Positions 7,819-18,060 are shown, counted from the stretch's first letter. The stretch is DNA of 64,000 nucleotides from Nibricoccus sp. (GCA_047602425.1 JASGHG010000001.1:3296001-3360000); one strand, 5' to 3'. The notes: a model not told the origin generated them from the letters alone. Translations and numbers: made by a program.

Positions 7819-10557
7819 TCAATAATCCAGATACGGCCCGAGCCATTTTTCCGTGTCGGCGATGGTTTGGCCGGAGCGGGTGGCGTAGTCTTCGATCTGG
7901 TCTTTGGCGAGTTTGCCGACGCCGAAATATTTTGAATCGGGGTGATTGAAGTACCAGCCGCTCACGCTGCTCGCGGGGGACATGGCGTTGGATTCGGTCA
8001 GGGTGATGCCGGTGGCGGCGGTGGCATTGAGCAGGTCGAAGAGCGGGGGTTTCGACTGGTGGTCCGGGCAGGCGGGATAGCCGGGGGCGGGGCGGATGCC
8101 GCGATATTTTTCGCGGATGATCTGCTCCATCGTGAGGTTCTCCGTTTTGCCGTAGCCGCAGAAATCGCGGGCGCGTTTGTGCATGAGCTCGGCCAAGGCT
8201 TCGGCGAGGCGGTCGCCGAGGGCTTGAGCCATGATCGCGGAGTAGTCGTCCTGCTTGGCTTTGAATTCGGAGGCGAGTTTTTCCACGCCGTGGCCCGCAG
8301 TGACGGCGAAGCCGCCAAGGTAGTCGAGGCGTCCACTGTCCTTCGGCGCAATGTAGTCGGCGAGGCAGTGATTGAACTGGTCGGCGGGTTTCTCCTGCTG
8401 CTGGCGGAGGAGTGGGAAAGTTTTGAGGACCTTCGAACGCGACTCGTCGGAATAGACTTCGACGCTGTCGCCGATGGCGTTTGCCGGCCAGAAGCCGATG
8501 ACGGCTTTGGCGGTGAAGAGCTGTTCGTCGACGATGTGGGCGAGGAGTTTTTGCGCGTCGTTGAAGAGCTTCGTGGCCTCGGTGCCGACTTTTTCGTCTT
8601 TGAGAATGTCCGGGTAGCGACCGTGGAGCTCCCACGCGCTGAAGAAGGGACCCCAGTCCACGAAATCTACGATTTCGCGGAGGGTGATGGGTGATGGGTA
8701 ATGGGTGATGGGTTTCCCAGGACCTATGATCTCTGACCTATGACCTGCGCCCGTGTCCGCGTCCGTTGCGAAGACGCGCGTGCCGAGAAACTCCGGGCGC
8801 GGAATGTCAACTTTAGACCAGTCGAAAGGTTGGCGACGTGCTCGGGCTTCGGCGAGCGAGAGCAGCGGTTTGCGGGCGCGGCGGTTGGCGAAGTCTTCGC
8901 GTTGGGCTTGTTGCTTGGCGACAGTTTCGGCAATGAACTTTGGTTTTTGCTCGGGCGAGAGGAGCGCGCTGACGACGTTGACGACGCGGGAGGCGTCGAG
9001 CACGTGGACCACGCCGTGTTCGTACTCGGGCGCGATCTTCACCGCGGTATGCGCGAGCGAGGTCGTGGCGCCGCCGATGAGCAGCGGAACGTTGAGGCCC
9101 TCGCGTTTCATTTCCTTGGCGACGTGAACCATTTCGTCGAGTGACGGCGTGATGAGGCCGGAGAGGCCGATGACGTCGGCGCCGATTTCCCTGGCTTTGG
9201 CGAGGATCTTGTCGCACGGAACCATGACGCCGAGGTCGGTGACCTCGTAATTGTTACAGGCAAGAACGACCCCGACGATATTTTTGCCGATGTCGTGGAC
9301 GTCGCCCTTGACGGTGGCGATGACGAACTTGCCTTGGGCGCGAGCGGTGCCACCGGCGGCGACGGCGCGCTTTTTCTCCTCTTCCATGTAGGGCGTGAGG
9401 TAGGCGACGGATTTCTTCATCACGCGGGCGGATTTCACGACCTGCGGGAGGAACATTTTGCCAGCGCCAAAAAGATCACCGACGACGCGCATGCCGGCCA
9501 TGAGGGGCCCTTCAATGATGTCGAGCGGGCGCGGGTATTTTTGGCGGGCTTCCTCGGTATCGGCCTCGACGAACGTGTCGATGCCTTTGACGAGTGCGTG
9601 CGAGAGACGATCTTCGACGGAGGCATTTCTCCAGGCTTCGGCGGAAGGTTCCGTGATCTCGGATTTGGAATTTGAGATTTGAGCCTTGAGCGCTTCGGCG
9701 TGGGCGATCAGGCGTTCCGTTGCATCTGGGCGACGGTTGAGGAGAACATCGTCGGCGAGTTCGCGGAGGGTGGGTTCAATCTCGTCATAGACGCCGAGCA
9801 TGCCGGCGTTGACGATGGCCATGTCGAGGCCGGCCTCGATCGCGTGGTAGAGAAACGCGGTGTGCATCGCTTCGCGCACGGGATTGTTGCCGCGGAAAGA
9901 AAAGGAGACATTGGAAACGCCACCGCTGACTTTCGCGCCGGGGAGCGTTTGTTTGATGATCCGGGTGGCCTCGAAGAAATCGACGGCGTAATTGTTGTGC
10001 TCCTCGATACCGGTGGCGACGGTGAGGATGTTTGGGTCGAAGATAATGTCCTCGGGCGGGAAACCGAGTTTGTCGACGAGCAGGCGGTAAGCGCGTGTGC
10101 AGATGCGGACTTTTTCGTCGCGGGTGGCGGCTTGGCCGTTTTCGTCAAAGGCCATGACAACGGCGGCAGCGCCGTAGCGCATGAGAAGTTTGGCGCGGCG
10201 GAGAAATTCGGTTTCGCCATCCTTGAGCGAGATGGAATTGACGATGCCCTTGCCCTGAAGGCACTGAAGACCTTTTTCCAGAACCGTCCATTTGGAGGAA
10301 TCGAGCATCACGGGCACGCGACAAATGTCGGGTTCGGCAGCGATGAGATTGAGGAATTTGACCATCGTGGCCTCGCCATCGATCAATGCCTCGTCGACGT
10401 TGATGTCGATGACGTTTGCGCCGCTCTCGACTTGTTGCTTGGCGATAGCGAGACAGGCGTCCCAGTCGCCGGCCTTGAGGGCCTTGGCGAATTTAGGCGA
10501 GCCGGTGATGTTGGTGCGTTCGCCGACGACGAGAAAGGTGGATGCGGTTTTGGTCAC
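7819..10557 (-). CDS. metH: B12-dependent methionine synthase, C-terminal polypeptide (pterin-binding, cap, cobalamin-binding and reactivation domains)
   Basis: [21 protein letters not shown] (DxHxxG), [14 protein letters not shown]. Lacks the homocysteine-binding domain. Confidence 0.97.
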   Translation of the reverse strand: MTKTASTFLVVGERTNITGSPKFAKALKAGDWDACLAIAKQQVESGANVIDINVDEALIDGEATMVKFLNLIAAEPDICRVPVMLDSSKWTVLEKGLQCLQGKGIVNSISLKDGETEFLRRAKLLMRYGAAAVVMAFDENGQAATRDEKVRICTRAYRLLVDKLGFPPEDIIFDPNILTVATGIEEHNNYAVDFFEATRIIKQTLPGAKVSGGVSNVSFSFRGNNPVREAMHTAFLYHAIEAGLDMAIVNAGMLGVYDEIEPTLRELADDVLLNRRPDATERLIAHAEALKAQISNSKSEITEPSAEAWRNASVEDRLSHALVKGIDTFVEADTEEARQKYPRPLDIIEGPLMAGMRVVGDLFGAGKMFLPQVVKSARVMKKSVAYLTPYMEEEKKRAVAAGGTARAQGKFVIATVKGDVHDIGKNIVGVVLACNNYEVTDLGVMVPCDKILAKAREIGADVIGLSGLITPSLDEMVHVAKEMKREGLNVPLLIGGATTSLAHTAVKIAPEYEHGVVHVLDASRVVNVVSALLSPEQKPKFIAETVAKQQAQREDFANRRARKPLLSLAEARARRQPFDWSKVDIPRPEFLGTRVFATDADTGAGHRSEIIGPGKPITHYPSPITLREIVDFVDWGPFFSAWELHGRYPDILKDEKVGTEATKLFNDAQKLLAHIVDEQLFTAKAVIGFWPANAIGDSVEVYSDESRSKVLKTFPLLRQQQEKPADQFNHCLADYIAPKDSGRLDYLGGFAVTAGHGVEKLASEFKAKQDDYSAIMAQALGDRLAEALAELMHKRARDFCGYGKTENLTMEQIIREKYRGIRPAPGYPACPDHQSKPPLFDLLNATAATGITLTESNAMSPASSVSGWYFNHPDSKYFGVGKLAKDQIEDYATRSGQTIADTEKWLGPYLDY

Positions 10558-10566
10558 GATGAAAGG

Positions 10567-11034
10567 TTATTTAATGAAAATGGAATCGAGGCCTTTTTCG
10601 GGATCGACGAATTCGATGGCGGTGATGTGCGCGGATTCGTCGAGGCGGAGGAGAGTAAGTTTGTCGTCCTGCTTCGGATAGCGGGAGAGGAGGTCCTTCG
10701 CGTCGCCGAGGAGGATGCGGTGAGGATATTTCTTCATCTTCGGCAGAGCGAAGACACGTCCGACACCAGGCATGCCGTGAATGTCGGCGAGAAAAATCGC
10801 CTGTTTCTGCGGAAGAAAATCGGCGCCCTTTTCGGCGAACCATTTATTGGCTTTTTTGCCGGTGCCCATTTCAAAACTGACCAGAAAGACGCGCGGCCCG
10901 GGAGCGAAGGCGTATTCCTTTTCGTGCTGATCTTTGACGGTGAAAGAGTCGAGCTTGTCACCGATCTTGTACGGATCGGCCGCGGAAAGGTGAGTGGCAA
11001 CAAACAAGGCGAGAACGGAGAAGAGACGTTTCAT
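10567..11034 (-). CDS. Exported hypothetical protein, probable Cys-free thioredoxin-like fold
   Basis: Signal peptide MKRLFSVLALFVATHLSA; KIGDKLDSFTVKDQH resembles a redoxin N-terminus; no cysteines; tight operon spacing. Confidence 0.75.
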   Translation of the reverse strand: MKRLFSVLALFVATHLSAADPYKIGDKLDSFTVKDQHEKEYAFAPGPRVFLVSFEMGTGKKANKWFAEKGADFLPQKQAIFLADIHGMPGVGRVFALPKMKKYPHRILLGDAKDLLSRYPKQDDKLTLLRLDESAHITAIEFVDPEKGLDSIFIK

Positions 11035-11049
11035 GGTGGGTGGAGTGGT

Positions 11050-12051
11050 TTAGGCGAGCAGCTGGGCGATGGCCCAACCAGTCGCGAACGTTACGAGGGT
11101 CGTCAAAATCAGCAACTGGTAGCAGCGACGGATGTCGCGTTGATCGGCTCCTTCCGGATCGGCCGGATCGCCGAGCCAAAGATCGCAGACAAGCACGCCG
11201 TTTTTATAAATGGGCCCGATGAGACGCAGGCCCAGCGCGCCGGCCATGGTGGCTTCGGGCCAGCCGCTGTTGGGACCGGGGACGAGAGCGTGTTGCGCAA
11301 GGCCCCAGCGCCAGGCTTTGCGGCCGTGCATGCCGGGCAAAACGAAGGCGAAACCGGTGAGCAATAAAAAGCACCAGCGGGCAAAAAGGAAATTGGCGAC
11401 ATCGTCGAGTCGCGCACCGCACCAACCGAAGCGGAGGTAGCGTTCGTTTTTGTAACCGACCATGCTGTCCATCGTGCTGGTGATTTTGAAAAGCACGGCT
11501 CCAAGCGGGCCAAAGGCGAGGGCGAAGGCGAGGGGGGACAAGACGCCATCGACAAGGTTCTCGCTCATGCTTTCGACGGCACCGCGACCGCAGGCGCGTA
11601 GGTCCATCTTGTCGGTGTCGCGGCCGACGAGCATGCCAATAGCGTCACGGGCGGCGGACAAGTCGTTGGACGCGACGGCGCGGGCGATGCGCTCGCCGTG
11701 AGCGATGAGATCGCGCAGCGCGAAGCAGGCCCAAAGAACAAGACCGGTGGCTAGATCGAACGCGAATGGATGAAGCGTGTGCGCTGCGGCTAGAAAGGCG
11801 AAGCCGAGCGGCAGAACCGAACCGGCGAGAAGAAGGAAGAGGAGGACGCCGCCGACGTAACCATTGAGACCGATCTTGAAGAGAAAACTTTCGATGGTTG
11901 CGAGCCATCGGCCGAGCAGACGGATCGGATGAAGCGCAAAGACGGGATCGCCGATAAGCGCGTCGAAGCCCAACCCGATCGCGGACCAGAGGATGAAGCG
12001 CGGGTCGAAGAAGCCGGTGAGAGCAGAGAGCGTGATCGAAAGGTCAGGCAA
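11050..12051 (-). CDS. cbiB: Adenosylcobinamide-phosphate synthase CbiB (CobD)
   Basis: DALIGDP..HPIRLLG, LVGRDT, ESMSENLVDGVLSP, TMDSMVGYKNERY, PNSGWPEATMAGAL. Confidence 0.95.
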   Translation of the reverse strand: MPDLSITLSALTGFFDPRFILWSAIGLGFDALIGDPVFALHPIRLLGRWLATIESFLFKIGLNGYVGGVLLFLLLAGSVLPLGFAFLAAAHTLHPFAFDLATGLVLWACFALRDLIAHGERIARAVASNDLSAARDAIGMLVGRDTDKMDLRACGRGAVESMSENLVDGVLSPLAFALAFGPLGAVLFKITSTMDSMVGYKNERYLRFGWCGARLDDVANFLFARWCFLLLTGFAFVLPGMHGRKAWRWGLAQHALVPGPNSGWPEATMAGALGLRLIGPIYKNGVLVCDLWLGDPADPEGADQRDIRRCYQLLILTTLVTFATGWAIAQLLA

Positions 12052-12087
12052 GGTATTCTAGGGGGATGCGATCGGACACCGAAATTA

Positions 12088-12218
12088 TTTTTACAGAAGA
12101 GAACGAAGGGAACGAAGAGTTGCTGGCGGAATGGAGTCTGGGTTCTAGGCGGAGTAAATGGAAATTGGAGTTGGGAAAATCAGTAGCGCTTTGTTGCCTT
12201 AGTTTCCTTCTGTAAAAA
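12088..12218. repeat. Small inverted-repeat element with 9-nt-period arms (TTTTACAGAAG...CTTCTGTAAAA)
   Basis: Left arm ttttacagaagagaacgaagggaacgaag, right arm ctttgttgccttagtttccttctgtaaaa. Related copies at 30157-30247 and about 43003-43020. Confidence 0.65.
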
Positions 12219-12234
12219 AGGTTTTATCTGCGGT

Positions 12235-13518
12235 CTATTGGTTCCATTTTTTCCGCCAGCCGAGGGCGATGGCGCGTTGGGCGAGAGCGACGGCGGCGGG
12301 GAGGAGTTGCGCGGGAGCCGAACCGAGATCGAGCGGCAAATGCGGAATGAGCTCGCGGCGGAAGTTGTCGAAACGTTCCGGCTGGCAGGCGAGGCCGGCG
12401 GCCATGAGCGCGGCTTGGTTGATCAGACTTTCGCGAGCGGACCCAGCGCCGAGGGTGCCATAGAGCACGCGGTCGAGGACGGCGGCGAACGCATAGGCGG
12501 CGGCGGCGAGTTGGGGCTCGTAGACGACGGGATTCCAGTTGGCCTTGAGCAATTCGAATTCGCGTTCGGAAAGAAGCGTAGGCTGGGCGGCTTTGAAGGC
12601 TTCCTCGGTCAGACCGAAGCGGCCGAGCGCGTGGAAAAGAGAACGGGTCAGGCTGGGTTCGAGGCCGTTTTGCCAGCGAAGAGCTTCGAGCGTGGCTTGG
12701 CGTACGGCGAGACCGGTGAGTTCGCCGGCCTTGGTGTGCTTCCCGGTCCAGGTGCGGGGAGCGCCGCCGTGGAGCGGTGTGGCGATGGCGAATTGATCGG
12801 TTCCGGTACCGGTGGCAAGACGCCAGGAGCTTTTGCTGCCGACGGCAAGTTCAAGGAGCGCGCTCGTCTTGGCCTCGGTCATGGTCATCGCCGCACGCGT
12901 GAGCGCGGCGGCGCTGAGAGGCGCGGAAAAGAGCAGCACGGTGTTGATCGTGCCATGGTGGGTGCCAGGGGACTTTTGATTGGGGATTTCTGATTTTTGA
13001 TTTGGCGATCCGGCTATTTCGTTCGGTACGGACTCAATTTTGGGAGTTTGAGTTTTGACGGTTGGAATTTGCGGTGGCATGACGCGTTCCCATTTGCCAT
13101 TGCGTTCATCGTAGTGGGCGGCGTCACCGGCGCTGCCGGCGTTACCGGTCACACCGGCGGTGACAATGGCGGTAACGGAAAGATCGGCATGGGTCTGCGT
13201 GATCATGCCGAGATACTGCATCTGCGCGGCGGTGCCCATGAGTGCAGTCTGGGCGGGATCGAGCGCGAGTTCGGCGCAGACGTGGCGGTGATAGCCATTC
13301 TGGCCGATTTCGGCGATGAGCTCGTGGCGCTCCAGATGTTTGCCCGGCTCGCAACTCTGATGGTTCACGAGATAACGAAGATCGTTGCGGAGACCGCCGT
13401 TCACGTGGCAGGTGCTGAGAACGAGCGCGGGCGCGCGAAGTTCGACAATGGCGTAGCGGCCGCGGCGTTGGAGTTCGGCGAACGGCGAGGTGAAGAGCGG
13501 AAGGTCGGACATCGACAA
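12235..13518 (-). CDS. cbiZ: Adenosylcobinamide amidohydrolase CbiZ family protein with C-terminal extension
   Basis: VLST..NGG, LMGTAA, VTAGVTGNA, GTINT, TMTEAKT, ATGTGTD, GKHTKAGEL motifs; adjacent to cbiB. Confidence 0.88.
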   Translation of the reverse strand: MSMSDLPLFTSPFAELQRRGRYAIVELRAPALVLSTCHVNGGLRNDLRYLVNHQSCEPGKHLERHELIAEIGQNGYHRHVCAELALDPAQTALMGTAAQMQYLGMITQTHADLSVTAIVTAGVTGNAGSAGDAAHYDERNGKWERVMPPQIPTVKTQTPKIESVPNEIAGSPNQKSEIPNQKSPGTHHGTINTVLLFSAPLSAAALTRAAMTMTEAKTSALLELAVGSKSSWRLATGTGTDQFAIATPLHGGAPRTWTGKHTKAGELTGLAVRQATLEALRWQNGLEPSLTRSLFHALGRFGLTEEAFKAAQPTLLSEREFELLKANWNPVVYEPQLAAAAYAFAAVLDRVLYGTLGAGSARESLINQAALMAAGLACQPERFDNFRRELIPHLPLDLGSAPAQLLPAAVALAQRAIALGWRKKWNQ

Positions 13519-13549
13519 ATGAAAAGTGAGAAGTGGAAGTTATTGGCAG

Positions 13550-14623
13550 TTAGCCTACGGTGAGTGGTTCGAGGCCGCTCAACTGAAGTGCACTGGATTT
13601 GACGCGGGTGGCGTGAGGTCTTTTGCCATGCACGGCTTTGGCGATCGCGGCGATGTGCGCGGGTGTGGAACCGCAACAGCCACCGACGAGATTGACGAAG
13701 CCGGAGCTGGCGAATTCGCCGAGAACGTGGGCCATGTCCGCCGGCGTTTCGTCGTAGCCGCCGAACGCGTTCGGCAAGCCGGCATTCGGATAACAGGAGA
13801 CGTGGCATTCGGCGATTCGCGAAAGTTCCTCGATGTACGGGCGCATCTGTTTTCCGCCAAGAGCGCAATTGATGCCGATGGAGAGTGGTTTGGCATGGCG
13901 GACAGAATTGTAGAAGGCGGCCACGGTCTGGCCGGACAGCGTGCGGCCGGAGGCGTCGGTGATGGTGACGCTGATCATGATTGGCACGCGGCGGCCGAGT
14001 TTATCGAAGACGCCTTCGATGGCGAAGAGCGCGGCTTTGGCATTGAGCGTATCGAAGATCGTTTCAACGAGCAGTGCGTCGACACCGCCTTCAAGGAGCG
14101 CTTCGACTTGTTCGGTATAGGAAGCAACGACCTGCTCCCAACTCACAGCGCGAAAGTCCGGACGGTTGACATCTGGCGACATCGAGAGCGTGCGATTGAG
14201 CGGACCGATGGCGCCGGCTACGTAACACTGACGGCCCGGCGTGGCGGCTTCGGCGCGTTGGGCGGCGCGGCGGGCGACTTGGACGGCGGCGAGATTGATT
14301 TCGCGGACGAGGAATTCGGTTTTGTAGTCGGCCTGCGCGATCGAAGTGGAACTGAAAGTGTTGGTCTCGACGACGTCGGCTCCGGCAGAGAAATAATCGA
14401 AATGGATCTGCTCGATGAGTTCGGGTCGCGTGAGGCAGAGCAAATCGTTGTTGCCCTTCAAATCATGTGGATGGCTGGCAAAACGGTCACCGCGAAAATC
14501 TTTTTCCTCCAAGCGATGGGTTTGGATCATCGAACCCATCGCGCCGTCGAGAATAACAATGCGCTCGGCAAAGAGCCGCGCGAGATCGCGAATGGGAGGA
14601 GAAATCGGATTCTGTTTTAACAT
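13550..14623 (-). CDS. metH: Methionine synthase N-terminal polypeptide (homocysteine S-methyltransferase domain)
   Basis: [48 protein letters not shown] Zn ligands; ends LSGLEPL. Confidence 0.96.
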   Translation of the reverse strand: MLKQNPISPPIRDLARLFAERIVILDGAMGSMIQTHRLEEKDFRGDRFASHPHDLKGNNDLLCLTRPELIEQIHFDYFSAGADVVETNTFSSTSIAQADYKTEFLVREINLAAVQVARRAAQRAEAATPGRQCYVAGAIGPLNRTLSMSPDVNRPDFRAVSWEQVVASYTEQVEALLEGGVDALLVETIFDTLNAKAALFAIEGVFDKLGRRVPIMISVTITDASGRTLSGQTVAAFYNSVRHAKPLSIGINCALGGKQMRPYIEELSRIAECHVSCYPNAGLPNAFGGYDETPADMAHVLGEFASSGFVNLVGGCCGSTPAHIAAIAKAVHGKRPHATRVKSSALQLSGLEPLTVG

Positions 14624-14628
14624 ATCAA

Positions 14629-14650
14629 CGTATCAAGATATATTGATGCG
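14629..14650. promoter_or_regulatory. Palindromic operator upstream of the metH operon, SahR/SamR-like
   Basis: CGTATCAA-GATATA-TTGATGCG (ATCAA-N6-TTGAT core) next to the start codon. Resembles the SahR-type motif as recalled, not tested. Confidence 0.5.
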
Positions 14651-14844
14651 ACATTGCAAGCCGGTAATTTCGACAACTAATACGGGAGAAAAGAACAGGC
14701 GCGGGAGCAAGCGGGCGAGAGCAGAATTTTGCAGAAGAGCGCTGGCGGTGGACTGCGGTTGGGTGGGAGACAGTTAAATAAAAAGGTTGCGCAACGCGGA
14801 TTTGTTCGCGGAGTCTGCGTGGGTTCGTTGTTCTTTACATTCGC

Positions 14845-15120
14845 TCAAGGTTCAGGGGAAGGCCGTGAGAATCGGCCACAGTTGCGCTGCGGTAACGCAT
14901 CACGAACCTCCATCGTACTCCGAACGTACGAAACAGCCAATCGGCCCAGCAGGCCGGTGAAGGCGGAGGTGAGGCGGCCGCGCGGCGCGGCAAATCCCAA
15001 ATCACAAAAGCCCAAATTTCAAAGTCAGCTCCGATGCTGTATTTTGGAATTCTGGATTCTGGATTTTGGAATTTGCACGCAACGCGTGCCAGAAATGCGA
15101 AGTCCGAAGACCCTCCCGGG
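14845..15120 (+). ncRNA. Cobalamin riboswitch carrying an inserted repeat hairpin
   Basis: AGGGGAAGGCCGTGAGAATCGGCCACAGTTGCGCTGCGGTAA core, GCCAATCGG..GGTGAAGGC, B12-box-like AAGTCCGAAGACCCTCCC; directly upstream of btuB. Confidence 0.85.
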
Positions 15121-15258
15121 AGTGCTCACGCGGCCGAAGCGGAACTTTTGCGCGCTTCGGTCTCGAAATCTTCATCGCAAAAATGAAGCGTGAGAGCAGC
15201 TCATACGACCTGCCGGCAACGGTGTGTCTGCTCTTGCTTTAATCAAAGAGAGATCACC

Positions 15259-17187
15259 ATGCCTTCCTTCCAACGCTCCCGCCTGACGGGATTGTTGTTT
15301 CGTTCCATTGCATTGGCGACGGCCATCGCGTCGCTTGCCCATGCCCAAACCACAACGGTTGAAACCGCTTCAGCGGCACCGACCCACGACTCCGTCCCGC
15401 AGTTGGACAAATATGTCGTCTCCGCGTCGCGCACGCCCACCGATCCTCGTAATGTTCCGAACGCGGTTACGTTCGTAAAACTCGAGGAGCTCACTGCGTC
15501 GCAAGTCCCGGATTTGCGCACGGCGCTCGCCGCCCAGCCAGGTGTCATGCTCGTTTCCACGGGCGCCAAGGGCGCGCAGTCCACCATCTACATGCGTGGC
15601 GCGGCCGCTGACCAGGTGCTGTTGTTTGTCGACGGCATTCGCATGAACACGACCGAGGCGGGTTACGCCAACTTCCTTGGCGGGGCCGACTTGGTCGGCA
15701 TCGACCGTCTGGAAATTTTGCGCGGCCCCCAGAGCACACTCTATGGCAGCTCGGCCATGGGCGGCGTGATCACGCTCAATACCACCCACGGCTGCGGCGG
15801 CCCGATAGCGGATTTATCGGTTGAAACCGGTTCGTTCGACACGTTTGCCGTCTCCGCAGCGGTGCAGGGCGGCACCCAGACGGTTGGCTACAGCGCCTCG
15901 CTTTCGCGCACGCGGACCGACAACGACCGCGCGGACAACGGCTTCAAGGCGACCTCGTACAGCTCACGCGTGGAGTGGACGCCGTTCAAGGGCCTGCTCG
16001 TCGGAGGCACCGTGCGCGGCCAGAAGGGCCGCTTCGAAGAGCCGGGTACCAACGGCGGCAGCAAGGGCATTGCCGAGGTGCCGAACCATCTTGTCACCGC
16101 CTATGTGCAGTGGCAGCCCATCGACGGTGTCTCCACGCGGTTGACTCATGGCTGGCACCAGACGGAGTACACTTGGACCGATATAACCTACGGTCCGACC
16201 TCGAACTACTACGCGCGCAACACTCGCGAGGTCCTCGACTGGCAAAACAGTTGGGACGCATTTAAGTGGCTGCAACTCGTCGGCGGCATCAACGCCGAAT
16301 GGGCGCACTACACCAACGGTGGCGTAAAGCTCACCGACGATCAGAATGCGATCTATGCTTCGGCTTCGTTTCGACCGCTCGCGGGGCTGACGATCGATGT
16401 CGGCGACCGCAAGGACGAACATGAACTGGACGGTGGTGCAACCACGGGCCGTGCAGGCGTCTCGTATTTCCTGAAACCCTCCGGCACGAAGTTCCGCGCG
16501 ACTTACGGCACGGGTTTCAAGGTGCCGAGCATGATCAATCGCAATGGCTCCGAGCCATGGTACGGTGCCAGTCCCGACGTTAAGCCGGAAAAGTCCAAAG
16601 GTTGGGACGCGGGTATCGACCAGGAACTTCTCGACGGAAAACTGACCGCGAGTGCGACGTATTTCCACAACGACTTTGAGGACTTGATCGTCAGCAACTA
16701 TAAATATTTGCCGGCAGAAAACAAATGGCGGTACATCGCGGAAAACGTGAACAAAGCCTACACCGAAGGCGCCGAATTCGCACTCTCGATCGAGCCGATC
16801 CAGTTCGTAAAACTAAAAACTTCCTACACGTATCTGACCGCGATCGACGACAGCAAGAGCGGCAAGCCTGTCCGCCTCGTGCGCCGTCCGCGTCACACCG
16901 GCGATGTCGAGCTGCAGGTGCTGCCGACCACAAGTTGGATCTTTGGCGTCGGTGTGCATTTTGTGGGTTCGCGCGAGGAATCCGTCTACAATCCCGCGAC
17001 CTATTCGTCGAAACAGGTCGACACGGAGAACTATGCGGTCGCGCGCGCCTTCATTTCCTACCGAACGAGCGATAACGCCTATTTGAAATTGCGTGTAGAA
17101 AACGTATTTAACGAAAAGTATGCCGAGGCTTTTGGCTACGAAGCTTTACCACGTGGGGTTTTTGGCGGAGTGGAGTTGAAGTTCTAA
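15259..17187 (+). CDS. btuB: TonB-dependent cobalamin receptor
   Basis: Signal peptide, TonB-box-like YVVSASR, plug motif IDRLEILRGPQSTLYGSSAMGGVI, terminal Phe; riboswitch upstream. ATG at 15259 preferred over GTG at 15190. Confidence 0.92.
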   Translation: MPSFQRSRLTGLLFRSIALATAIASLAHAQTTTVETASAAPTHDSVPQLDKYVVSASRTPTDPRNVPNAVTFVKLEELTASQVPDLRTALAAQPGVMLVSTGAKGAQSTIYMRGAAADQVLLFVDGIRMNTTEAGYANFLGGADLVGIDRLEILRGPQSTLYGSSAMGGVITLNTTHGCGGPIADLSVETGSFDTFAVSAAVQGGTQTVGYSASLSRTRTDNDRADNGFKATSYSSRVEWTPFKGLLVGGTVRGQKGRFEEPGTNGGSKGIAEVPNHLVTAYVQWQPIDGVSTRLTHGWHQTEYTWTDITYGPTSNYYARNTREVLDWQNSWDAFKWLQLVGGINAEWAHYTNGGVKLTDDQNAIYASASFRPLAGLTIDVGDRKDEHELDGGATTGRAGVSYFLKPSGTKFRATYGTGFKVPSMINRNGSEPWYGASPDVKPEKSKGWDAGIDQELLDGKLTASATYFHNDFEDLIVSNYKYLPAENKWRYIAENVNKAYTEGAEFALSIEPIQFVKLKTSYTYLTAIDDSKSGKPVRLVRRPRHTGDVELQVLPTTSWIFGVGVHFVGSREESVYNPATYSSKQVDTENYAVARAFISYRTSDNAYLKLRVENVFNEKYAEAFGYEALPRGVFGGVELKF

Positions 17188-17205
17188 GATCCTGCGTTTG
17201 AGACC

Positions 17206-18060
17206 ATGAAAAAACAGGCCCTGCTCCTCGCGTTGATCGTGCTGCACTTCGTTGTGTGGACGGCCTGGGCGGGGCCTGTTCGCGTGGTGTCACAAACGGT
17301 CGGCACGGATGAGCTTTTAATTGCGCTGGCCGAACCATCGCAAATCGCCGCGCTCAGTCACTTGGCGCGGGAATCGGCCTTTTCGACCGTTGCTGAAGAG
17401 GCGAAGAAATTCCCTCAGCTGCCAAAAAACTGCGACCTCGAAGGTGTCTTGAAATTTGAGCCCACGCTTTTGCTTTGTGCCGATTACAGTCGGGCGGAAG
17501 TGGTCGAGCAGGCGCGCCGCGCCGGCCTGAAAGTGATCGTGCTGACGCGCTACTACACGCTGCAGGATGCCTATGACAACTTACGGTTGATTGCGCGCGA
17601 ACTCGGGCCCGAGGCTGTGGCGCGCGCCGAACGCATTGTTGCCGACTGCGAAGAGCGGGTGGCGAAATTACACGAACGTTTGCGCGGGGCGAAACTGGTT
17701 CGGGTCATGGCGCCTTCGACTTATGGCGTGATTCCGGGCGACAACTCGACGTTCCAAGACATGTGTGAGCATGCGGGAGCCGAGAATCTCGGATTTACCC
17801 TAGGGAAACTCCACGGCCACGCGGCTCCGCCCGTCGAGCAAATGCTCACCTGGCCGATCGACCGTTTGGTGGTAACGGGTGATTCGCTCGAATCGGCGCT
17901 TGCGACTTTCAAAAAAATCTCGCCGTACCAATACATGCCGGCGGTGCGCGAAAATCGCGCGATTCTGCTCAAGCCCTGTTTGATCAGCACGGTCACGCAC
18001 CATCGCGTCGAAGCTTACGAAATGCTCGCGCGAGCTCTGCATCCGGAGAGGTTCCCATGA
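17206..18060 (+). CDS. btuF: Cobalamin ABC transporter substrate-binding protein
   Basis: RVVSQTVGTDELLIALAEPSQIAALS helical-backbone receptor N-terminus; operon context. Confidence 0.85.
   Translation: MKKQALLLALIVLHFVVWTAWAGPVRVVSQTVGTDELLIALAEPSQIAALSHLARESAFSTVAEEAKKFPQLPKNCDLEGVLKFEPTLLLCADYSRAEVVEQARRAGLKVIVLTRYYTLQDAYDNLRLIARELGPEAVARAERIVADCEERVAKLHERLRGAKLVRVMAPSTYGVIPGDNSTFQDMCEHAGAENLGFTLGKLHGHAAPPVEQMLTWPIDRLVVTGDSLESALATFKKISPYQYMPAVRENRAILLKPCLISTVTHHRVEAYEMLARALHPERFP

Noticed and set aside
9679..11367. 562-aa plus-strand ORF and similar long antisense ORFs (140-1159, 2658-3590, 13526-14620, 23401-24720, 25710-26663, 36051-37076, 60516-61613)
   Set aside because: They lie opposite well-supported genes, have no recognisable motifs, and are expected shadows of GC-rich codon usage.
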